DNA of 40,079 bases. It comes from Bacteroidales bacterium. GTDB taxonomy: Bacteria > Bacteroidota > Bacteroidia > Bacteroidales > UBA3824. Below the pieces are notes generated by a model. It ran no database searches. It was given only the letters and a program-made list of their open reading frames with translations, and had not been told where the DNA came from. The position numbers were made by a program, and so were the translations under genes. The stretch spans positions 1-40,079 of the forward strand of contig JAZUEG010000552.1 of the NCBI GenBank assembly GCA_045640025.1. Reading direction: 5' to 3'. This document shows, piece after piece, positions 26,801 through 35,198 of this stretch; within the stretch, counting starts at the first letter, position 1; the number at the start of each line of letters is the position of its first letter.

Positions 26801-27515
26801 AGTTCATGCGGACATTAAACTGGTCTGAGCTTATAAAAATGTCTTTCAAAATAGACGGGCCGAAAGATTTTAGGCGAAGAGTAAAATCATCACCATAAGC
26901 ACAATAGAGACTGTCATTCAAAATATCAATTGAATACGGATTCTCAGGAACATAATAAGTAGAATAATTGAGAAATCTTTGAGAACCTTGCGCAAAATTA
27001 CGGTTGAAAATAGAGCCAAACGCAATTAAAATAGCTAAAATTCCTAAGGAAACAAATAAAAACTTTGATGTTTTCCAGAAATTAATAGCATTTACAAAGT
27101 TCAAAGGACTTATTAAAGAAATCTTTTGGTTAATAGCTGCTATCAAAAGATCTGACTGATTGCTGGAATTGAGTTGTAGGATATTGATAAGCAAATCCTG
27201 GGACTCAGGGAAATGATTCGAAATGATTTCAGCGGCTTCTTCCTGAGTGAGGAATGGTATAATTTTCAGAAATTTGAATAGCGGTATTAAAACAAAAAAT
27301 ATAAATATGGAGGCCAATATAAAAAGCAAGAAATAAAAAATTACTGTCTTGGTAAATGGTGACATAAAGGCTACCGATTCCACCATCGAAACAGTGAAAA
27401 AAGAAACTATTGCAAACAATAACGACAATACAAGTCCAATAACAATTCTATTGAGATAGAACTTGTTGACAAAATCGTTTAATTTACCTTCTATGACACT
27501 AAAATTGGACTCCAT
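23841..27515 (-). CDS. Giant membrane-anchored low-complexity / coiled-coil protein (DUF4175-like)
   Basis: 1224 aa. It has N-terminal TM helices (IVIGLVLSLLFAIVSFFTV, VIFYFLLFILASIFIFFVLIPLF, FLFVSLGILAILIAFGSIF), a roughly 300-aa beta-rich domain, long N/K/D/Q/L coiled-coil stretches, an S/D/N/K-rich disordered block and a Q-rich block (QQMKTQQQMLKQQLQRMLQQLQ). The family call is from memory of similarly built Bacteroidota DUF4175 proteins and is tentative. Confidence 0.8.
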   Translation of the reverse strand: MESNFSVIEGKLNDFVNKFYLNRIVIGLVLSLLFAIVSFFTVSMVESVAFMSPFTKTVIFYFLLFILASIFIFFVLIPLFKFLKIIPFLTQEEAAEIISNHFPESQDLLINILQLNSSNQSDLLIAAINQKISLISPLNFVNAINFWKTSKFLFVSLGILAILIAFGSIFNRNFAQGSQRFLNYSTYYVPENPYSIDILNDSLYCAYGDDFTLRLKSFGPSILKDIFISSDQFNVRMNSDSADCFSYTLRNVTSDIEFSFNYLDFTSEKHKISVVHKPTIINSTLTIYPPAYTGLDVIVTDNFSDFTAPFGSTLAWSFNVSHATIFNFYCDSVAQEVNHAVENLQVHTKALKPFDYYYSAVGEGGLSVNSNLFHVNLLPDYSPQIVAVSAVDSSSANGVFFSGHISDDYGFHSLSFKYFDSNNPKDVHSADIELRKAISQDFYYYFDFSNLSKSVSYYFEVKDNDAISGFKSAKTPLSIYTTITNEEKQERVDNLNSSIFDKIDEAQRLLRELNNDLNDFQKNISSNNQISDWEKQLKIDNLMQKQEKLSELMNDLSQDNMSKNAFENQLNNKLSQELLDKQHQLQEMWESLMSDDIKELLDKIEQMKNSLTEKNLRDNIQDLKFDFNQISEQLDRNSELMKMYNIDNKLHNLSDDLKQMSDKYKDLSKEMKFNKSSREESLSDKMQDFNKDFDKLKDSYNDLLKQNEQLGDNKLDLQDLEKQFDQVKNELNFQKNETESLEKDLGLKPLESDFDALDKSNSDKNSQKADEDNNENVSADKKTGNNDSKNGSESNDLDSNKESDPNDSDSKSDVSAEKNRNNSGNKDDKSDTGVNNNNEQNASDSDKNNQKSDSGSNKNGSKNTNEKQRRDNISQQMEQTSEEMEDLSKEMNGLKKKNQQKKRQENLNDIRQILDNLIAISFNQEKLINNLNLNTQTVYIQTELLRDQNSIIKDFALVQDSIYALAKRSPELGHEVYNKIDNIHTQFNQVLKGVESGSRSSVATYMQTLLTYFNDLSLIFDQIADNMQKQQQEGEEGEDSEESVETRNKKENQRRQQRTQQMKTQQQMLKQQLQRMLQQLQNGDKMSSQQLAEALRQQEMMMQQLQEMQNGKGVSQQEQQLMNQIQQMMDENKRDIVNKNITKRLVERQNLVFNKLLDLEKAEKEQDYDDKRESKQGFDFQNNNSQNLNLKLKDFGVKEFIHSAPVNLNLFYQNKYNDYIQNID
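26321..26331 (-). repeat. Copy of AGCTAATGGCG
   Basis: The plus strand reads CGCCATTAGCT. It lies inside the 1224-aa gene in sense (SANGV). Confidence 0.9.
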
Positions 27516-28627
27516 TATTTCTTTGGTAATTTAATAAGCCATTTTTGGGGATCCAGGGTCTCTGAACCCAGCCAAATCTGGAAATTCAACATTGAATGGG
27601 TTTGGTCGGTATCAAAAGAACCAATCTCCTCCCCTTTCTCGATATCATCGCCCTCGTCTACATCCACATCATCAAGACCATTGTAAACGGTGAAATATTT
27701 GCCGTGACGTATTATTACAACGTATTTGCCGGTTGGTAATGTTGTAATTTTGGCAACAACACCATTATAAACGCATTGAACATCAGAATCAGACGGCACG
27801 CAGAAATCTATTCCATCGTTCTTTACGGTTACTTTGTCGTAAACTGGATGTGGTTTTACTCCGTAAGTATTGATGATTACAGCCTTTTTGACTGGCCACA
27901 TCAGATAACCTTTCTGAACCTGGAAAAGTATAGTGCTGTCAGCATTGAAATCCGACGTTATCAGATTGTTGTCAATGATAGAATCAAGATTATTACGGTT
28001 AATTCGTTCTCCTTGACGGTTCTGCTGATTGTTCAGATCGCGGATAATGCGCGATTTGGAAGCCGTATATTGCTTGATGAACGATTCCTCCACTCCTATC
28101 TTGGACGCTAATTGACTCTTTTCACGCTTGTCGTTGTCAAGATCCTGAACCACATTAGCTATCTGAGTCTTAAGATTGTTGATTTGATAAATCTTCTTTT
28201 TGCGATAATCGGCCATCCATTTGATATAAAGGAATCTGCGATAGGTAACATAAAGATTATCAAGCGAAAAAATATCAAATTTTTCGTGAACAAGGCTATT
28301 AAGACGGTAAGCTCTTATCAAAAGATCGGAATAAATGTCTTTTTCATGATCGAGCTGGGAATTCAGGCGTTCGTAATAAACTTCGTTGTTGCGTATGTCC
28401 TTATCTATCTGAACAATCTGAAACTTTATTTTATCAATTATTGCAGCCTTGATATTAAGCTGCTGATCCAGAATATCAATAGACATAAGGGGATCTTTGG
28501 AGTTCTGCAAATCGGTAAGAACAGAATCCAAGAACGAAGATTGCTCCTCAAGCGCAACCTGTGAATATGATTGCGCCTGAAAGCAAGCTAAAACTAAAGA
28601 AAATAATATTTTTATTAACTTTTTCAT
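27515..28627 (-). CDS. EnvC-like murein hydrolase activator (coiled coil plus degenerate M23/LytM domain)
   Basis: 370 aa with a signal peptide and an N-terminal coiled coil. The C-terminal LytM-like fold reads ...HPVYD...GIDF...VVIIRHGKYFTVYNGL...MLNFQIW. The canonical HxH (LHFE) is replaced by LNFQ. The stop overlaps the ATG of the next gene by 1 nt (TAATG). Confidence 0.75.
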   Translation of the reverse strand: MKKLIKILFSLVLACFQAQSYSQVALEEQSSFLDSVLTDLQNSKDPLMSIDILDQQLNIKAAIIDKIKFQIVQIDKDIRNNEVYYERLNSQLDHEKDIYSDLLIRAYRLNSLVHEKFDIFSLDNLYVTYRRFLYIKWMADYRKKKIYQINNLKTQIANVVQDLDNDKREKSQLASKIGVEESFIKQYTASKSRIIRDLNNQQNRQGERINRNNLDSIIDNNLITSDFNADSTILFQVQKGYLMWPVKKAVIINTYGVKPHPVYDKVTVKNDGIDFCVPSDSDVQCVYNGVVAKITTLPTGKYVVIIRHGKYFTVYNGLDDVDVDEGDDIEKGEEIGSFDTDQTHSMLNFQIWLGSETLDPQKWLIKLPKK

Positions 28628-28632
28628 TTAAA

Positions 28633-29460
28633 TTAAAAAGGTTTGTAACTATCTGGAATGCTCAATGGATAAGTCAAAGACTTATTGATATTTACCTTAT
28701 TGATGCTGAAGCCAAGATTATAGCTGTCCATCACAATTTCCATCTCCTTGGGAATAAGATATCCATTGAAATCCTGATAATCGGAATAAGATACAGTTGC
28801 AGTCTTTCCCTGAACAGGAAAAATGAGTTTAGACTGTATCATTCTTTTAATTTCAGTATCAATATTAATAACATTGTCGTAGCGCAAATTCTTAACATAA
28901 TCTGCATTAGGTAATGAATTCAGCTCCAGAGTTTTAGAATTGAGCATCGACATTGAAAATAGAGGCAAATTCTCAATCTTATTTTCTGGGAAAAGAAACA
29001 TTCTATTCATGAAAATAGATTGTAGAGAATTGAAATCAACTGCTATTGGAATCAAATTCCTAACATACTTGTAATCGCCCTTGAAATACTGATTTTTGAG
29101 CTTAACAACAATAAAAACAGAGTCAGTTGTAAACTTGGCTCGGGCAACTTCGATTCCCATTGCCTTCACCTGCATCCAAATCAGAGAATCGGGAGCAATG
29201 CGCATTGTACCCGACAATGTATGATTGAGATCAGGTGATTGGAGTTTCAACTGAAACTGTTCTTCCAATGTCTTGTAATCGTCACGATAATTGTAAACCT
29301 CTTTCGAAATTTTCAAAAGTGATTCATCAACGGTGAATGGTTTTACTGTAACTTCTTGATTAACAGCATTATTATCTGCATTAGCTGACTTCTTCTTGCC
29401 TTTGCACGACATGAACAGAAGCGAAACCATCAAAGCGAATAATACGTATTTTACTTTCAT
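28633..29460 (-). CDS. DUF4292-like lipoprotein (LolA/LolB-like fold)
   Basis: 275 aa with lipobox LFMSC. The sequence pattern and the position between the TPR and M23 genes are as recalled for the conserved Bacteroidota dut-TPR-DUF4292-M23 cluster. Confidence 0.65.
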   Translation of the reverse strand: MKVKYVLFALMVSLLFMSCKGKKKSANADNNAVNQEVTVKPFTVDESLLKISKEVYNYRDDYKTLEEQFQLKLQSPDLNHTLSGTMRIAPDSLIWMQVKAMGIEVARAKFTTDSVFIVVKLKNQYFKGDYKYVRNLIPIAVDFNSLQSIFMNRMFLFPENKIENLPLFSMSMLNSKTLELNSLPNADYVKNLRYDNVINIDTEIKRMIQSKLIFPVQGKTATVSYSDYQDFNGYLIPKEMEIVMDSYNLGFSINKVNINKSLTYPLSIPDSYKPF

Positions 29461-29465
29461 AATAT

Positions 29466-31151
29466 CTATTTTTTACAATTTTGAATTTTTTTGCTTATCA
29501 AAGTAGAATTGCCACCGCGATCTATAGCCTGATTCCAATAGACAACAGCATTGGTGCAATCTCCCGACTTGGCGAATATATCACCAGCCAAGTTATAAAC
29601 ATGATACTTGGAAGAATCCATATTTATAGCTTCCTGGATATCGTCACGAGATTGCTCCAGATTATTGCTTTTAAGATGGAAATACGCTCTAACGAAATAG
29701 AAGTAGTAATTAAGATTAGGATCGTTAGCATAGTGATTTATAATAGATTCGGCATGACGAAGATTCTTGCCGGAATCTATTATAAAATACGCATATTGTA
29801 TTTGTAAATAATAATCATCGATGTGGAAATTCTCGTAGGTCCTGAACCAATCGAAAGCTCCTGAATCACCTTGCAAATAAAGCAAAACGCCATTATAGAA
29901 AGTATAATGCGAATATGAATCAGTGAACATCAATCCCATGTCGATAGAAGTTTGCAAATCATCATTGGCATCCTTCAAACGGCCTAAATAGATATTAGCT
30001 ATTCCATGAAAAAGATAAACTTCCGACATTTCGGGAAAACAATCCAATGCCTGATTTGTTAAATCAAAAAGATCTGGATATTCTTCTGTAATAGTCAAAA
30101 CTTTGAAAAGTCGTTTCCAGATTTCAAAATTAGATTTGTCGACATCGATAGCTGATTTCAAAACTTCGATAGTCTTTTCGGTTTGGTCATTCATCATCAG
30201 GTAAGACGAATAATTCAAGTAAGGCAAAAGATCGCTACTGTATGTTTCACATAAAACTTCGAAAGCCTGACAAATTGAATCGAAATTCAGAGAAATTGGT
30301 CGACTGATTATTTCCTGAAGATTGAGCAATTTTTGTTGAACTGTGAACTCTTCGTCGTTTCTAAAAGACTCGATGAGATTTTCATAAAACAAATCCATCT
30401 TACCACTTGATAAGTACATCAAATTATCGCTTACATATCCAGAGATATTTTTTGAATTTTGCGAGTCAATAATTTTCTGAACTTCCTGAGCATTAGCTGT
30501 TTTGCCATTGCGATCATAGAAATTTTTGAGCTGAAACATTAATCTCAAATCCGATGAATCTGTACGAGAAAGTCGAATAAACTCGACTTCTGCGTTTTTT
30601 AAGTCTTTATTTAGCTCATAAACCATTGCTCGGTTGTTTCCGATGAATAAATCGTATCCAAACGATTTTTCCATTTCATCGAGAACAAAAAGTTTCTCGT
30701 GAAAAAACAAATCTAAACGAAAAGCTTGCAACATCTGAAACCAATCGAGATAATATTCATAGGTTGGAGATTTAGGCAACGAAAGCAATTTGTATTTATG
30801 AAAATTTGAACCATCTCTCCTATTGAAATACAAATCCGACAAAAGTTCAGAATAATAAATATTTTCAGGATTCAGCTTATACGCCTTATTTGCATAATTT
30901 AGCGCGGCCTCAATATCACGCTGAGAATTGTAAATTCTGGCAAGCTGATAATTTGCTACAGAAGATTTGGGATTGATATTCAAGCACTGGTTTAGACAAG
31001 AGACGGCATTCTGAATGTCATTTTTAAGAAGGTAAGTTTCAGATTTTGACAATAAAGATGCGAACTCCACTTCAACCGGTACTTTCTGAGAGTACAAGTA
31101 AGAGGAATTGAAAGTAAAAATAAAAAATAATATTGCTAATCTAAATCTCAT
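29466..31151 (-). CDS. Secreted tetratricopeptide-repeat protein
   Basis: 561 aa with a signal peptide. It has repeated TPR-like units (for example [26 protein letters not shown] and [15 protein letters not shown]). A 4-nt overlap links it to dut. Confidence 0.8.
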   Translation of the reverse strand: MRFRLAILFFIFTFNSSYLYSQKVPVEVEFASLLSKSETYLLKNDIQNAVSCLNQCLNINPKSSVANYQLARIYNSQRDIEAALNYANKAYKLNPENIYYSELLSDLYFNRRDGSNFHKYKLLSLPKSPTYEYYLDWFQMLQAFRLDLFFHEKLFVLDEMEKSFGYDLFIGNNRAMVYELNKDLKNAEVEFIRLSRTDSSDLRLMFQLKNFYDRNGKTANAQEVQKIIDSQNSKNISGYVSDNLMYLSSGKMDLFYENLIESFRNDEEFTVQQKLLNLQEIISRPISLNFDSICQAFEVLCETYSSDLLPYLNYSSYLMMNDQTEKTIEVLKSAIDVDKSNFEIWKRLFKVLTITEEYPDLFDLTNQALDCFPEMSEVYLFHGIANIYLGRLKDANDDLQTSIDMGLMFTDSYSHYTFYNGVLLYLQGDSGAFDWFRTYENFHIDDYYLQIQYAYFIIDSGKNLRHAESIINHYANDPNLNYYFYFVRAYFHLKSNNLEQSRDDIQEAINMDSSKYHVYNLAGDIFAKSGDCTNAVVYWNQAIDRGGNSTLISKKIQNCKK

Positions 31152-31588
31152 ACACCAGTATGTCCAAAACCGCCATCTGACCTTACTGTCTCGGATAATT
31201 TTTCAACTACCTGAAACTCAGCTTTTTCGTATTTTGCAATCACCATCTGACAAATACGATCTCCACTGTGAATTGTGAAATCCTGGTCAGAAAGGTTGAT
31301 AAGAATTACCTTGATTTCGCCACGGTAATCAGCATCAATAGTTCCCGGAGAATTAAGCACGGTGATTCCAGACTTGATGGCAAGGCCCGAACGCGGACGT
31401 ATCTGAGCCTCGTAATGTTCTGGCAATTCGATAAATAACCCTGTTGGAACCAAGACTCTCTGCAATGGTTTCAATACGATATCCTCATCGAGATTAGCGC
31501 ACAAGTCCATACCGGCCGAATACTCAGTTGAATATTTCGGCAATGGATTCTTGCTCTTATTTATGATGTTAATTACCATAGTTTTCAA
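31148..31588 (-). CDS. dut: dUTP diphosphatase
   Basis: 146 aa with the dUTPase motifs [21 protein letters not shown] and [10 protein letters not shown]. Confidence 0.95.
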   Translation of the reverse strand: MKTMVINIINKSKNPLPKYSTEYSAGMDLCANLDEDIVLKPLQRVLVPTGLFIELPEHYEAQIRPRSGLAIKSGITVLNSPGTIDADYRGEIKVILINLSDQDFTIHSGDRICQMVIAKYEKAEFQVVEKLSETVRSDGGFGHTGV

Positions 31589-31639
31589 TGTTTAAACAGT
31601 TTCTGTGCAAAATATCACAAATACAAAAATAACTAAAAA

Positions 31640-33145
31640 TCATCGCTTTAGCAATTTATTGATGAAATTTTTTAGAGGCTGGAAAAGATTTTCCATCTTC
31701 AAAACCAACAATGCAAAAGATATGATTATCAGAGAGTTGATACATAATGATGCAATCAACTGCATATCATTGGTAAACATAAACACACAATGTATCAATA
31801 CAGCCACTATTGTATATATGATCATTTTCTTGAAATCGTAATCGCATTTCAGATATTTTCTTCCCCATACGAAAGTGATTATCAGCATCACTAGATAACA
31901 CAACACATTAGACCAAGCGCAGGCCACATATCCGAACATCGGTACAAGTATCATATTAGCTAATACAGTGACGATACATCCCGCCAGGAATATATAAATG
32001 CCATAAACTGTCTTGTTGTTGAGCTTGTACCAGAAAGACTGAAGATAAACCATGCCCACAAGCAAGTGACCTATCAAAAGATACGGCACAACATTAAGGC
32101 CTTCCCAATAACTTTCGGATATGAAATATTTTACAATATTGATGAAACCCATTATTCCGACAAATATGAATAACCCAAAGAGCCACAAGTATTTATTTAT
32201 AGTCGCAAACATTGGATTGAAATCCTGACTGTCACGTTTAGAGAAGAAGAAGGGGTCAGCCGCATATCTGAAACATTGTATGAACAATGTCATGAGAACA
32301 GCGATTTTGGTATTAGCCCCATAAATTCCCATCTGACTGCGGATATAAATTTCCGGATCGGAAATTCCATCGGGAACTACGTAGAAAAACTTGATGGCAA
32401 TTCTATCGAAGAATTCGTTTATCATGCCAGCTAATCCAGAAACAATCAGCGGCAACGAATACACGAGCATCTTCTTGAGCAAGTCAAAATCAAAAGTGAA
32501 TTTGGTTTTCAGATACACCGGCAGGAACAACAGGAATGTAATTACCGACGAAACCAAATTGGAAACAAAGATGTATCCAACTCCAAATTCCGGTGAATAA
32601 ATCGAATTGAAAACTTCGTGATTCTGAGCGAGTTTCGGCAACCAAACAATGAAAAACAGATTCAGGAAAATCTGAATCAGAATTCCTATCAGCTTGAAAA
32701 TAGCAAACTTGAGAGGCTTGTTCTGCTGACGAAGCCAGGCAAATGGAATTGATGTAAAGGCATCAAGTCCAAGAATCAAGACAAAATATTTGATGAATTC
32801 CACATGATCGTCGTAATCTATCCAATGCGCGATATTGTCGGAAAAGAGAATTCCAACTAATATGAAAAACGAGCTCGTGGTAAAGAGGGCAGCTGATGCC
32901 GTACTGAAAACTTTCGACGAATCCGGCTCAAGTTTCGAGAAATTGAAGAAGCCGGTCTCCATGCCGTAAGTCAGGAGAATCAGCAAAAACGATACATAAG
33001 CATACAGCTCTACAACCACTCCATATTCGGCAGTGGTGAAATAATATGTATAAAGCGGAACGAGAAGATAATTCAGGATTCGTCCCACTATAGAGCTAAG
33101 TCCGTACACAAATGTCTGACTAGCAAGTTGTTTCAGTTTGCCCAT
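31640..33145 (-). CDS. Oligosaccharide/polysaccharide flippase family membrane protein (MOP/Wzx-like)
   Basis: 501 aa of polytopic membrane protein. The N-terminus MGKLKQLASQTFVYGLSSIVGRILNYLLVPLYT is typical of Bacteroidota polysaccharide biosynthesis proteins. Confidence 0.7.
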   Translation of the reverse strand: MGKLKQLASQTFVYGLSSIVGRILNYLLVPLYTYYFTTAEYGVVVELYAYVSFLLILLTYGMETGFFNFSKLEPDSSKVFSTASAALFTTSSFFILVGILFSDNIAHWIDYDDHVEFIKYFVLILGLDAFTSIPFAWLRQQNKPLKFAIFKLIGILIQIFLNLFFIVWLPKLAQNHEVFNSIYSPEFGVGYIFVSNLVSSVITFLLFLPVYLKTKFTFDFDLLKKMLVYSLPLIVSGLAGMINEFFDRIAIKFFYVVPDGISDPEIYIRSQMGIYGANTKIAVLMTLFIQCFRYAADPFFFSKRDSQDFNPMFATINKYLWLFGLFIFVGIMGFINIVKYFISESYWEGLNVVPYLLIGHLLVGMVYLQSFWYKLNNKTVYGIYIFLAGCIVTVLANMILVPMFGYVACAWSNVLCYLVMLIITFVWGRKYLKCDYDFKKMIIYTIVAVLIHCVFMFTNDMQLIASLCINSLIIISFALLVLKMENLFQPLKNFINKLLKR

Positions 33146-33227
33146 AATAACAAAAATGTGAATATTAACGCAAATTTACAAAAGATAAACCGAAAAAGAA
33201 AATCTGCGCAAACTAAAACTGCAATTC

Positions 33228-34361
33228 CTAAACAAAGAATTCTGAAATTATATAGTCAGATATAAAAATTCCATCAAGATTTAAGTTCACATAATCGCCG
33301 TTAAATGCGAAATAATCAATCAAATCTCTACGATTGAGATTTTTTTCAAAATCTTTGAAATATTTTGCGAAACGCGATTTAATTGTAGGCAGATGAATTC
33401 CCTTTCTTGTGCGTAGACTCAGCATTATGAATTCGTTGTATTGGTCATCAGCTGATAGAATTTCCTTCTCGGAAAACTGCTCGAGATTCTGTATCTGCTG
33501 ACCATACTGCGAAAGTCCGCGCGAATTCCAACCTCGTGAATTGTTGAAATAGGAATGTGCCGATGGTCCAAATCCCAAGTATGGAACAAAATCCCAGTAA
33601 TTGGAATTGTGAAGCGAGTGCATTCCGGGTTTGCAATAGTTAGAAATCTCATAGTGCTGATATCCAAGCGATTCCAATAAATAATGTATCAGCTGAAACT
33701 GCCTTAGGAAAAAATCATCGTCCATTTTCCTAATCTGACCCTTTCGGAGTTTCAGCATAAAAGGCGTATTCTCCTCAATTCCAAGACTATAAGCGGAAAT
33801 ATGTGGTACGCCATTAGCTGCCAAAAAACGAAAACTGCGCTCTATCTCCTGATCGGTAAGTATCTCGTAGCCAAAGATATAATCGGCTGAATAATTGGAG
33901 AAACCGTATTTCTGACAAAGGTCGAGATAGCGCAGATTATCAGATACCGAATGATTGCGCCCAAGATATTGGAGTCCATTATCGTCCATCGCCTGAAAAC
34001 CTGTACTAAGTCGATTGACGAAACCGCTGGATTTCAGCTCATTAAAATACGAATCCACGGCATGCTCGGGATTTATCTCGATTGTGCATTCAATATTTTT
34101 GTTCAAAGTATAGCAATTTTCAATGGTTTGATATATCTTTGCAATATAAGAAAAGGGGAGAATGGAAGGAGTGCCCCCGCCGAAATAAATTGTATCAATA
34201 GTCTGATCCTGAAACAGATATGATTTCATCTCGATTTCGGAAATCAGATTATTCACAAATTTTTCTGCAATAGACTTATCCTTAACAAGCCTTACTGAAA
34301 AGAAATCGCAATATCCGCATTTCTTCTCACAAAAGGGAATATGAACGTAAATACCTGACAT
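33228..34361 (-). CDS. hemW: Radical SAM family heme chaperone HemW / oxygen-independent coproporphyrinogen oxidase-like
   Basis: The start is set at ATG 34361 (MSGIYVHIPFCEKKCGYCDF, the CxxxCxxC motif). It also has YFGGGTPS, the ...HISAYSLGIEENTPF signature and a HemN_C-like tail. The 62-codon upstream extension in the ORF track overlaps the divergent vanZ-like gene. Confidence 0.82.
   Translation of the reverse strand: MSGIYVHIPFCEKKCGYCDFFSVRLVKDKSIAEKFVNNLISEIEMKSYLFQDQTIDTIYFGGGTPSILPFSYIAKIYQTIENCYTLNKNIECTIEINPEHAVDSYFNELKSSGFVNRLSTGFQAMDDNGLQYLGRNHSVSDNLRYLDLCQKYGFSNYSADYIFGYEILTDQEIERSFRFLAANGVPHISAYSLGIEENTPFMLKLRKGQIRKMDDDFFLRQFQLIHYLLESLGYQHYEISNYCKPGMHSLHNSNYWDFVPYLGFGPSAHSYFNNSRGWNSRGLSQYGQQIQNLEQFSEKEILSADDQYNEFIMLSLRTRKGIHLPTIKSRFAKYFKDFEKNLNRRDLIDYFAFNGDYVNLNLDGIFISDYIISEFFV
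33809..33819 (-). repeat. Copy of AGCTAATGGCG
   Basis: The plus strand reads CGCCATTAGCT. It lies inside hemW in sense (AANGV). The 15-mer GCAGCTAATGGCGTA is shared with 7438..7452. Confidence 0.9.
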
Positions 34362-34713
34362 GAAAGAATTTATCAAAAAATACAAATACAGCATCATCTG
34401 GGCTGTAATAATGATGATAGGATGCACGGCCAACGTGAGCAGCGACGATTCAGAGCCCAAAATCCCGTACTTCGACAAGATAGTGCATTTCGGAATTTTC
34501 GGATTGCTCGCTATGCTGGCCACCATCGAGAAAAAAACAGCATCCATCGCAACTCTCTTGGTATGTGCAGCTTACGGAGTTGCCATAGAGCTGATACAAT
34601 ATTTCCTGCCCTGGCGCTCATTCGAGGTGCTCGATATGGTATTCGATACACTGGGAGCCGGAGCAGGAATTATTGCAGCTAATATCTTGATGAAAAAGAT
34701 AATTAGCAAGTAG
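34360..34713 (+). CDS. VanZ-like family membrane protein
   Basis: 117 aa with 3-4 TM helices. VanZ-like signatures are DKIVHFGIFGLL and AIELIQYFLPWRSFEVLDMVFDTLGA. Confidence 0.65.
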   Translation: MKEFIKKYKYSIIWAVIMMIGCTANVSSDDSEPKIPYFDKIVHFGIFGLLAMLATIEKKTASIATLLVCAAYGVAIELIQYFLPWRSFEVLDMVFDTLGAGAGIIAANILMKKIISK

Positions 34714-34716
34714 AGA

Positions 34717-35157
34717 TTACTTTACAGGCATCTTCTCGATACGGCGCTGATGACGACCGCCCTCAAACTCGGTGCCGAGGAATGCCTCAAGAATCTTGAT
34801 AGCCTCGTCCTGCGAGATAAAGCGGGCAGGCATGCTGAGCACATTAGCATTGTTGTGCGAGCGGCCCAGACGGCTGATCTCCTCGTTCCAGCAGAGCGCG
34901 CAGCGGATACCCTGATGCTTGTTGGCAGTCATGGAAATACCATTGCCGCTTCCGCAGATTGTGATACCGAAAGTATCGGGATTGCTCTCCACAGCCTCGG
35001 CGAGAGGATGTGCAAAATCTGCATAATCACAAGACTCGGTGCTGTTGCAGCCAAAGTCCTCAACCTCGTAACCCTTCTTCTGAAGGTAGTCCTTCACGAA
35101 AAGCTTCAATTCGTAGCCAGCGTGATCCGAGGCCATGAACAATTTGTTGATTTTCAT
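34717..35157 (-). CDS. rpiB: Ribose-5-phosphate isomerase B
   Basis: 146 aa with ASDHAGYELK, ICGSGNGISMTANK and GGRHQRRI. Confidence 0.92.
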   Translation of the reverse strand: MKINKLFMASDHAGYELKLFVKDYLQKKGYEVEDFGCNSTESCDYADFAHPLAEAVESNPDTFGITICGSGNGISMTANKHQGIRCALCWNEEISRLGRSHNNANVLSMPARFISQDEAIKILEAFLGTEFEGGRHQRRIEKMPVK

Positions 35158-35198
35158 AATGTTAACTAATTATATTGGTTAAAAAAACATTGTGTATC

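Noticed and set aside
34362-34547. The 62-codon N-terminal extension of the hemW ORF.
   Set aside because: It overlaps the vanZ-like gene on the other strand. HemW-family proteins begin a few residues before the CxxxCxxC motif.
23000-34700. The low-GC block, considered as a genomic island, prophage or defence island.
   Set aside because: It has no integrase, transposase, tRNA target, flanking direct repeats, or phage or defence genes. Its contents (ybeY, dut, hemW, EnvC-like, DUF4292, flippase) are conserved chromosomal genes fused by codon overlaps to their neighbours.
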